IMG/VR virus record: IMGVR_UViG_3300021431_000084
Direction: 5' to 3' (one strand)
DNA length: 64,000 bases
DNA from: a virus
Lineage: Duplodnaviria > Caudoviricetes
A program made the translations under genes and the position numbers. The notes below the pieces were generated by a model, which saw nothing but the letters and a program-made list of their open reading frames with translations, searched no databases and was not told the DNA's origin. Within the stretch, counting starts at the first letter, position 1. Every line of letters starts with the position of its first letter. Positions 1 through 7,805 of this stretch are shown here, one piece after another.

Positions 1-276
1 GAATACTTGTCAATAGCAAACATTTGTTCGTTGTTTGTACTATTGTCTTTGAGTAGTGCGTGCGGCAAGGCTAACCCTCTTCAGTATCGCATCTGTCTGT
101 GATCCTGTATCGAGTCGACCTTGCCGCTCATTGTATTTACTTTCGATTTATTATTATTTTATTTTATTTATCAATCCTTCATTGTTATCACCTTTCTTTC
201 TACCTTTTGGTTGTTTCCTGTTCCTTTTGGTTCTTACAAACTTAACACTTACATTGTGTTCTTAGCTGTTTATTGA

Positions 277-486
277 TTAAGTACAAATCTTGTAGAACTT
301 TTCTTTTGTGCCATTTACATAGTCAACATTGACTCTTACTACATACACATTAAGACCTTTGTCTGTTGCATCATTTACTCTTGTCTTTGCGTAAGTCTTT
401 GCGTCGTTGAAGTCCTTGAAGTTGTGCATGACTCTTGCGTATCCTACCTGTACCTTCCACATTGTATTAACTACTGTATTTGTCAT
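277..486 (-). CDS. small early hypothetical protein (69 aa)
   Basis: SD GAGGTG upstream; own sigmaA-type promoter at 519-547. Confidence 0.75.
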   Translation of the reverse strand: MTNTVVNTMWKVQVGYARVMHNFKDFNDAKTYAKTRVNDATDKGLNVYVVRVNVDYVNGTKEKFYKICT

Positions 487-518
487 TGTCCTGCACCTCT
501 TTCTCTTTTCTTAATTAG

Positions 519-547
519 AGTATAACAAAATAAATCCATACTTGCAA
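519..547 (-). promoter_or_regulatory. sigmaA-type promoter
   Basis: TTGCAA-N17-TATACT with extended -10 TG. Confidence 0.7.
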
Positions 548-617
548 CCTTTGCCCCATCTACAAATTGCACAAATTTCCGGAAACATTTTTGTGCAACC
601 TGACAAGAAAAAAGTGC

Positions 618-646
618 TTGATTTTTTGCTTCATGTATGGTAAAAT
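618..646 (+). promoter_or_regulatory. sigmaA-type promoter facing a short non-coding stretch
   Basis: TTGATT-N17-TAAAAT with TG extension. Confidence 0.5.
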
Positions 647-690
647 TTTCGGTCGGAGCCGACCTTTGTCGACTCTTCTCACACACACAA

Positions 691-726
691 GAAAAAAGAA
701 AAGAAGGGCTTAGCCCTTTCCTCTTT
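691..726. terminator. probable bidirectional intrinsic terminator
   Basis: AAGGGC-tta-GCCCTT stem flanked by A-rich and T-rich tracts, at the end of the 725-958 gene. Confidence 0.65.
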
Positions 727-958
727 AGTAGACATAGATTATTTCATAGTCTGAATCGAGTACCACAAGCACCTGACCGCACTTGTAATTCTCTCCATAA
801 AATTCCCAACTTTCACCATTTTCATCAATACAATAACAAACACCATTCGATGTACTTACCAAAGACATAGACCAAATTTCTACTCTGTCCTTTGGTGTTG
901 AAGTATTAGCACTTACCATTGTTGCAATTGTGATGATGAGAGAAATTAAGTTAGTCAT
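725..958 (-). CDS. small exported/membrane early protein (77 aa)
   Basis: hydrophobic N-terminus; SD GAGGA; consensus promoter at 993-1021. Confidence 0.75.
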   Translation of the reverse strand: MTNLISLIITIATMVSANTSTPKDRVEIWSMSLVSTSNGVCYCIDENGESWEFYGENYKCGQVLVVLDSDYEIIYVY

Positions 959-992
959 TATTCAGATCCTCTTTTCTTATTTATTCTATTTC

Positions 993-1021
993 ATTATACA
1001 TTATTAGTTAATTATTGTCAA
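993..1021 (-). promoter_or_regulatory. consensus sigmaA promoter
   Basis: TTGACA-N17-TATAAT. Confidence 0.85.
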
Positions 1022-1628
1022 TACATTTCCATTCCTCTTTTGGATTTTGTAACATAATTGTAACATTACTGTAATTTATTATTTGTCAATAGAATTTACA
1101 ATTTGTTTACAAATTTGTAACATTTGTTCTTGTCAATCTGCACAAAATTTTGGGATCTGGCAGGGTAAAAATTTGTGCAACCTGCACAATTGACAAAAGT
1201 GCTTTGGCGTGTATGACACGCCAAACGGCTCGCACCCAGCCGCCAGCGAGCCGAGGAACACAGTATTATTGTTGTGTATTGCTTTAGTATTCTTTTCTTT
1301 ATGTTATGTTTATTCTTATTTATTGCCATTGGTTTATCTATGTATTTATTATGTTTCTTTATTGTTTGTTTAGTACAAGGCTGCGTTGCGTGGGTCCTAT
1401 AATTTAGCCTCCCGAGGGTGCGGCTAACCACCCCTGTGGCTTCTGAGCAAATTACCACCTAGTATGGGGGGTATTATTTCGGGAGATTATGTGGTGAATT
1501 TTGAAAATCGATTTTTCCTGGCCCCAACTCCCAGCAAGAATTAATTTCATCTCCAATTACGACAACTTCTCATAAACGATAAAATATCTTCCTTTTTGCC
1601 CAAAAAATTTCTGTTTCTAAAAATTTTT

Positions 1629-1677
1629 TGCTATAATGTAAGTAGAAAACTACTTACGGAGTAAGTAGAAAACTACT
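1629..1677 (+). promoter_or_regulatory. extended -10 promoter followed by two palindromic direct repeats
   Basis: TGcTATAAT at 1629-1637; GTAAGTAGAAAACTACT at 1638-1654 and 1661-1677. Confidence 0.65.
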
Positions 1678-1681
1678 GGAG

Positions 1682-2737
1682 GTGATTAAAATTATTAAAT
1701 TAGATTATACTATCACTGATCCACAGGAAAGAGTTAAATTAGTAGAAAAAATCTTAGAAGAAAACCCCAATCCCAACGAAGCTTACTTAGAAATTCTTTC
1801 TAATTATTTAATCTTTGCTATGGATAAGCAAGAGAAAAAGCAAAAGAAAATACTTACAGACAATCGTATGTGCACCGTGGACGAGCGCGAAACGTCGTAC
1901 GAGGGGCTGGCCGCACAGTTCGAGAATGGAGAGGATGGAATCTATAACCTCGTAAATGAACACAATAATATCTACAATTTCCACCCTAAGAAGTCTATCA
2001 CTCGTAAAGACATTGAAACTATTCCCTTTATGAAGGAAACAACCGAAGACATTAAGGCTTGGAAAGATCGCTTAGCCAAGGCCTCCGGCAAATCTAAGTA
2101 CATTATCAAAAGAGCTATTATCGAAACCCAACAGTTCAGATATTATCTCAAAGACAGCTATCTTAACATAATTCAATCACACAATGTAACAAGGACTGAA
2201 TGTCCACATCTTCTCCCCGACGATTATGAAGTAGATGAGAATGGCATAGTCCATGTAACTGGATACAGTTTAGCAGACCCGAGAGTGTGCTCGGCTATAT
2301 TATGTAATTATAGCAAACTTAAACAAAATGGCGCCGACCCGCAACATGGCGATCTTTACTATATGATGATAGATTTTGATAGAATTTGCGGCCGAGCCGT
2401 CAGTGAGTATCCCATGTACGAGGACATTATCATCATGAAGATTGATGGTTTCTCTAATGCGGAAATCCAAAAGGCATTAGACTTAAAATATGGAGTAACT
2501 CATAGTCCAGAATACATTTCAAGCCTCTGGCGCAAAAAGATTCCTAAGTTGATTGCCTCTGTTGCGGAAGATGATATACTTTCAGATTACTATTTAAATC
2601 AGGAAAAAGGTAAATACAAGCGTTGTAGTAAATGCGGAAAGATTAAATTAGCACATAATAAATATTTTAGTTATAATAAAACAAGTAAAGATTCATTTTA
2701 TAGTATATGTAAGGATTGTCGTAATAAGAGGAGCTAA
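1682..2737 (+). CDS. putative sigma-like transcription regulator with C-terminal Zn finger
   Basis: SD GGAGG; sigma region-4-like HTH (IIMKIDGFSNAEIQKAL...YISSLW); CSKC...CKDC; first gene of the morphogenesis arm. Confidence 0.5.
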   Translation: MIKIIKLDYTITDPQERVKLVEKILEENPNPNEAYLEILSNYLIFAMDKQEKKQKKILTDNRMCTVDERETSYEGLAAQFENGEDGIYNLVNEHNNIYNFHPKKSITRKDIETIPFMKETTEDIKAWKDRLAKASGKSKYIIKRAIIETQQFRYYLKDSYLNIIQSHNVTRTECPHLLPDDYEVDENGIVHVTGYSLADPRVCSAILCNYSKLKQNGADPQHGDLYYMMIDFDRICGRAVSEYPMYEDIIIMKIDGFSNAEIQKALDLKYGVTHSPEYISSLWRKKIPKLIASVAEDDILSDYYLNQEKGKYKRCSKCGKIKLAHNKYFSYNKTSKDSFYSICKDCRNKRS

Positions 2738-2836
2738 TCACTCCTCTTTTCTTTTGCTTTTGGGCATTTTCCCTTAAAAGTATAAAAGAAATTTTCATAA
2801 TTATTAAACTATAATGTGGAAAAGGAGGAAGAGAAT

Positions 2837-4048
2837 ATGGCAGCAGAAGAAAAAATAAAAAAGTTTTGTCCTAAATGTAAAAAAACTATGTCTATTAAAG
2901 ATTTTTATATGTCTAACAACAAAGAAAAATATCCAGATGGCTATTTGAATCAATGCAAGAAATGCCTTACTTCTCAAGTTGACAACTGGGACGCATCAAC
3001 TTTTACTTGGATATTACAAGAAGCTGATGTACCTTATATAACTGAAGAATGGAACAGTCTTCTTAAGTCTTATGGTAAAGACAGATCTAAGGTAACAGGA
3101 ATGACCATTATTGGTCGATATCTTGGTAAAATGAAGTTGAAGCAATATAGAGACTTCCATTGGAAAGATTCTGAGTTTTTACAAGACTTAAATGATAAGA
3201 AGACAAAAGAACAAATGATTCGTCAAGGCTTTGACGCAGCAGAGATTGCGCAAACAATCTCTGACACTCATCAATTAGACGAGGCACCGCCAATGCCTGA
3301 ATTACAAGTTGCCGTACCGCAAAGCTATTCTAATCCAGGTGCGGCCGGTAGCTCATACGATACTTTTCAACAGGATCAGGACGATCTTTTCGACGACGAC
3401 CTCACAGACGAAGAGAAAAGAATGCTTCGATTAAAATGGGGAAAGTATACACCAGAAGAATGGGTAAGACTTGAGCAGTTATACCAAAAGATGTGTGATG
3501 ATTATGCTATTGAAGGTGCTGGTCATGAAGATACCTTACTTTTGGTATGTAAGACGTCTTTGAAAGCTAATCAACTTCTTGATATGGGAGATATTGATGG
3601 AGCAACAAAAGCTACAAAGATGTATAATGACCTCATGAAATCTGGTCACTTCACCGCAGATCAGAATAAGAAAAAAGAAGATGAAATTCTTAATTCTATT
3701 AGTGAATTAACTGTTATGTGTGAAAAAGAGGGTTTTATTCCAAGATTTTATATTGATAAACCAAATGATAAAGTAGATGCAGTAATACAGGACTTGAAGG
3801 ATTATACTTATTCTGTTATGACAGAAGAACTTAATCTTGGTAACTTAATTGAAAGTGCGGTTCGTCAAATGTCTCTTGAAGAAGCCAAAGAAGAAGATGA
3901 AGATATTGATGATGAAGAACTCACAATGGAAGATGTTCAGAACATTACTGACCAAGACCATGAACAATTCTTTGATATGGTTGAAGATGAAGCAGCTTCT
4001 GATGAAGACCTTATTTCCAAATTCCTTGAAGAGGAAGGTGGAGAATAA
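2837..4048 (+). CDS. putative terminase small subunit (Zn finger)
   Basis: CPKC/CKKC N-terminus, acidic C-terminus, coupled to TerL; start moved to the ATG after AAGGAGG. Confidence 0.6.
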   Translation: MAAEEKIKKFCPKCKKTMSIKDFYMSNNKEKYPDGYLNQCKKCLTSQVDNWDASTFTWILQEADVPYITEEWNSLLKSYGKDRSKVTGMTIIGRYLGKMKLKQYRDFHWKDSEFLQDLNDKKTKEQMIRQGFDAAEIAQTISDTHQLDEAPPMPELQVAVPQSYSNPGAAGSSYDTFQQDQDDLFDDDLTDEEKRMLRLKWGKYTPEEWVRLEQLYQKMCDDYAIEGAGHEDTLLLVCKTSLKANQLLDMGDIDGATKATKMYNDLMKSGHFTADQNKKKEDEILNSISELTVMCEKEGFIPRFYIDKPNDKVDAVIQDLKDYTYSVMTEELNLGNLIESAVRQMSLEEAKEEDEDIDDEELTMEDVQNITDQDHEQFFDMVEDEAASDEDLISKFLEEEGGE

Positions 4049-5787
4049 TGGCTTTACAAGATTTAATTGATTTATCTAAACAGGCAGACCAAAAACATTC
4101 TGCTGAAGTTACGGAAGATAGAATAAAGGGAATTATTCCAGTAGCAAGACAATATATAAGTTTTTGGCGTGAATATCCAGATCTTTTTGTAGACTTCTTA
4201 CTTAAGATGGGTAATCCGCAGAATTTTGAGTTTTACTTTTTTCAAAGAGTGTTTTTAAGAGTGGCCATGCGGCACCAGTATGTGTATGCGGTCTTCCCTC
4301 GTGCTTATTCCAAGTCTTTCTTATCAATGATGACCCTTATGTTAAGATGTATTCTGTATCCTGGCTGTAAACTCTTCGTTACTTCTGGTGGTAAGGAACA
4401 GGCTGCAGGTATTATGAAGGAAAAAGTTCAAGAAATTTGTAATCTTATTCCTGCAATAGAAAGAGAGATAAATTGGGATAGAGGTATTACTCTTGAAGGT
4501 AAAGACTATGCTAAATATACCTTTAAGAATGGTTCTTATTTCGATAATATTGCAGCGAGGGAAAGTTCAAGAGGTAAGCGTAGACATGCGGGCGTTATCG
4601 AGGAGTGCGTCGGTGTCGATGGAGATATTTTGAGCACAGTCATTATCCCCACCATGAACATATCCCGTAGGTGTGCGGACGGTAGTACCCATCCTGAAGA
4701 GCAGCTGAATAAGGCTCAGTTATATATCACAACTGCAGGTTTTAAAAATACCTACGCATATGAGAAACTTATTCAAATTCTTGTATGGCAAATTGTTAAA
4801 CCTGAGAAAGCTATGATGATTGGTGGTACTTATAAAATTCCTGTTCTTGTTAAGTTGTTGGATAAACACTTTGTTCAAGACTTGAAAATGGACGGAACTT
4901 TCAATGAAGTATCCTTTCAGAGAGAATATGAGTCTAAATGGGCTGGTACTATTGAAGATGCTTTCTTTAATGCTGATGTCTATGATAGAAATAGAATATT
5001 AAAAGCACCAGAATATCAAGCATCTGGTCGTTCAAGTAAAAATACTTTCTATGTAATATCGGTCGACGTTGGTCGTAAAGGATGCGACTCTGTTGCGATT
5101 GTGTGGAAGGTAACTCCAGGAGCGCAAGGCACTTCATTAAAACAGTTAGTTAATATTTATACTAAAACTGCTGAACACTTTGAGGAACAGGCAATTTGGT
5201 TAAAACGATTATTTTATAAGTTCCAAGCAAAAAGACTTGTAATTGATGGTAATGGTCTTGGTATTGGCTTACTTGATTATATGGTTAAGCCGCAAACAGA
5301 TACAGAGACCAATGAAGTATTCCCAGATTTTGGTATTTACAATGATGAGGATGGTGAATACAAGAAGTTTAGAAGTGTAGAATGTCAGGATGATGCTATA
5401 TACGTCATCAAGGCCAACGCACCTATCAATACTGAGGCGCACGCAAATGCCCAATCTCAGCTTTCTTCTGGTAGAGTAAAACTTTTAATTGATGAAAGAG
5501 TTGCAAAGGGAAAATTATTAGGAACTGTTAAAGGAAATAATATGAAACCTGAAGAAAGGGCAGAATATTTAAAACCGTTTACATTAACTTCCATATTAAG
5601 AGAAGAGATGATGAATCTGCGAGAAGAGAATGATGGAACTAACATTATTCTTAAACGTGCAAATAAAGGTATCGCAAAGGATAAATTTTCTGCTTTTGAA
5701 TACGGACTTTATTATATCAAAAAAGAAGAAGACGAAAAGAAGAGAAGAAAAAAGAAATTTAATGCTAAAGAATTTAGATTTAAGTAA
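4048..5787 (+). CDS. terminase large subunit
   Basis: FFQR Q motif, Walker A-like PRAYSKS, RGKR, Walker B VIEE, ITTAG, FQREY, nuclease SVDVGR and KDKFSA. Confidence 0.92.
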   Translation: MALQDLIDLSKQADQKHSAEVTEDRIKGIIPVARQYISFWREYPDLFVDFLLKMGNPQNFEFYFFQRVFLRVAMRHQYVYAVFPRAYSKSFLSMMTLMLRCILYPGCKLFVTSGGKEQAAGIMKEKVQEICNLIPAIEREINWDRGITLEGKDYAKYTFKNGSYFDNIAARESSRGKRRHAGVIEECVGVDGDILSTVIIPTMNISRRCADGSTHPEEQLNKAQLYITTAGFKNTYAYEKLIQILVWQIVKPEKAMMIGGTYKIPVLVKLLDKHFVQDLKMDGTFNEVSFQREYESKWAGTIEDAFFNADVYDRNRILKAPEYQASGRSSKNTFYVISVDVGRKGCDSVAIVWKVTPGAQGTSLKQLVNIYTKTAEHFEEQAIWLKRLFYKFQAKRLVIDGNGLGIGLLDYMVKPQTDTETNEVFPDFGIYNDEDGEYKKFRSVECQDDAIYVIKANAPINTEAHANAQSQLSSGRVKLLIDERVAKGKLLGTVKGNNMKPEERAEYLKPFTLTSILREEMMNLREENDGTNIILKRANKGIAKDKFSAFEYGLYYIKKEEDEKKRRKKKFNAKEFRFK

Positions 5788-5802
5788 TGAGGAGAAAATA
5801 AA

Positions 5803-6159
5803 ATGGATGCTAGTAGAGGAGAAATAAAAATCCATGAGATTTTGGAGAACTTCGGTCTAAACTATAAAATGGAATTTATGTTTTCAGATTTGAAGACCTC
5901 CTCTGGCACTCCTCTTCGTTTTGACTTTGCTGTGTTTGATGATGATGGAAACCTTGATTTCTTAATAGAGTATCAGGGCAGACAGCATTACGAGGCCTCG
6001 TCACGATTCGGTGGCAAAGCGGGCCTCCGCAAACAGCAGTACAATGACCAACAAAAACGAAGATATTGTGCATTTCATGGTTATAAGTTAGTGGAAATTC
6101 CGTATACAGAAGAAAATCTTATTTCTTATGATTATATTATGAAAAAGGCTGGTTATTAA
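5803..6159 (+). CDS. Vsr/DUF559-like PD-(D/E)xK endonuclease
   Basis: SRGE...LRFDFAV...IEYQGRQHY...D..K..YC...LVEIPY. Confidence 0.75.
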   Translation: MDASRGEIKIHEILENFGLNYKMEFMFSDLKTSSGTPLRFDFAVFDDDGNLDFLIEYQGRQHYEASSRFGGKAGLRKQQYNDQQKRRYCAFHGYKLVEIPYTEENLISYDYIMKKAGY

Positions 6160-6195
6160 GCCAGCTTCCTACACTTTAGAGAAGGGGGTGAAAAA

Positions 6196-7794
6196 TTGAG
6201 AAATAGACAAGAATATATATACGATGACAAAGGCTCATATCTTGTCAAACCAAAAGTAGAGTTTGGTAAAATCAAAATAGATAGAAAAACTATTAATGAT
6301 GCTACTTTAAAAATGACTCAGCGTACTTATAAATGCGGTTCGAGAACATTTAAAATTGCTGATATTTATAGAGCGATAGATGAAAAGAATTTATTTTATT
6401 TGAGAGATATATCAAACTTCTTTTATGATACTAATGGTATTTATTCAAGGATATGTGATTACTTTGCTAACATGTATAGATTCGACTGGTACATCGTCCC
6501 TGAGATCTATGACCAAGAAAAGGTTGACAATGATAAAGTATTAAAGAAACTTTATTTCCTTTTAGGTTTTTTAGATAGTTCTTATATAAAAAAGAATTGT
6601 GGAGATATAGCATTAAAAGTTATTAAGAATGGAGCTTACTATGGCTATTTAGTGCCATCAAAAAATGGAATAGTCTTACAAGAATTACCTATTGCCTATT
6701 GTAGAAGTCTTTATAATTCTGGAAGTACACCAGTTATTGAATTTAATATGAGATACTTTGATGAAAACTTCATCGACCCAGAGTATAGAACTAAAATTCT
6801 TAATATGTTTCCCGATGAATTCAAAAAGGGTTATGTCCTTTATAAACAAGGTAAATTACCCGGAGATAATATACAGCAATCAACCTATTGGACAGGTACT
6901 CCAAGATGGTCACCCGCTTATATAAAAGATGGTTGGTACGCTCTTGAAGTTGGTTCTGCAATAAAATTTGCTTTTGCCAATGGAGATCAACCTCTTTTTG
7001 TAAAAGCTATTCCCGCAATTTTAGACTTAATGAATTCACAGGGAATAGATAAGCAGAAGCAGCTGCAGAATTTGCAGAAACTTCTCATTCAAAAATATCC
7101 ACTTGATAAGAACTTTGATTTAGTATTTGATTTGGATGAAATTAAAGACCTCCATGAAAATACTGTAGAAATGGTTGAAGATAATATTGGAGTTGGAGTT
7201 GTTTCTACTGTTGCAGATGTTGATGCAGTAGATATTGCAGATAATTCCACTTCTCAAAGTACAGATGTATTGGAGAGAATGGAACGTGGAGTTTACAATG
7301 CTTTTGGTGTTTCAAGAAACTTATTTAATTCTGACACAAGTTTGGCTCTTGAAAAATCTATTCTTGATGATGAATCTTCATTAAGAACTTTATTATTACA
7401 ATTTACTGCTTTTTTTGATAATATTGTGCAACATTTAGCTTCCAATAGCAAGTTTAAGTATAGATTCTATATGCTTGAAACTACACAATATAATTATAAA
7501 GAATTATCAAAAATGTATAAAGAGCAAGTACAGATTGGTTATTCTAAAATGTTACCTCAGATTGCTCTTGGTCATTCACAAAGTTCTATTTTACATAATG
7601 CTTACTTTGAAAATGAGGTATTGAATTTGAGTTCAATTATGATACCTCCTCTTATGTCTTCTACTATGAATGCAGAAAGTTTAGGAAGTATTACTGGTAA
7701 AGATAGCGGAGAATCACAAGAGGGTGCGGGCCGCCCCGAGAAGAGCGACAGCGAAAAGTCTGAGAAGACAGCAGCTAACCTAGAATCTATGTAA
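6196..7794 (+). CDS. portal protein
   Basis: 532 aa, between terminase and protease; C-terminal AGRP motif. Confidence 0.8.
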   Translation: MRNRQEYIYDDKGSYLVKPKVEFGKIKIDRKTINDATLKMTQRTYKCGSRTFKIADIYRAIDEKNLFYLRDISNFFYDTNGIYSRICDYFANMYRFDWYIVPEIYDQEKVDNDKVLKKLYFLLGFLDSSYIKKNCGDIALKVIKNGAYYGYLVPSKNGIVLQELPIAYCRSLYNSGSTPVIEFNMRYFDENFIDPEYRTKILNMFPDEFKKGYVLYKQGKLPGDNIQQSTYWTGTPRWSPAYIKDGWYALEVGSAIKFAFANGDQPLFVKAIPAILDLMNSQGIDKQKQLQNLQKLLIQKYPLDKNFDLVFDLDEIKDLHENTVEMVEDNIGVGVVSTVADVDAVDIADNSTSQSTDVLERMERGVYNAFGVSRNLFNSDTSLALEKSILDDESSLRTLLLQFTAFFDNIVQHLASNSKFKYRFYMLETTQYNYKELSKMYKEQVQIGYSKMLPQIALGHSQSSILHNAYFENEVLNLSSIMIPPLMSSTMNAESLGSITGKDSGESQEGAGRPEKSDSEKSEKTAANLESM

Positions 7795-7805
7795 GGAGGA
7801 GAAGG

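Noticed and set aside
567-1253. Repeats as a CRISPR array
   Set aside because: Only two degenerate copies with irregular spacing; no cas genes
56-1458. Track ORFs 56-265, 483-686, 637-870 and 1096-1458
   Set aside because: No SD, low-complexity translations, and they overlap promoters and hairpins
6145-6167. GCTGG/CCAGC hairpin before the portal gene as a terminator
   Set aside because: No U tract and it lies inside an apparent operon
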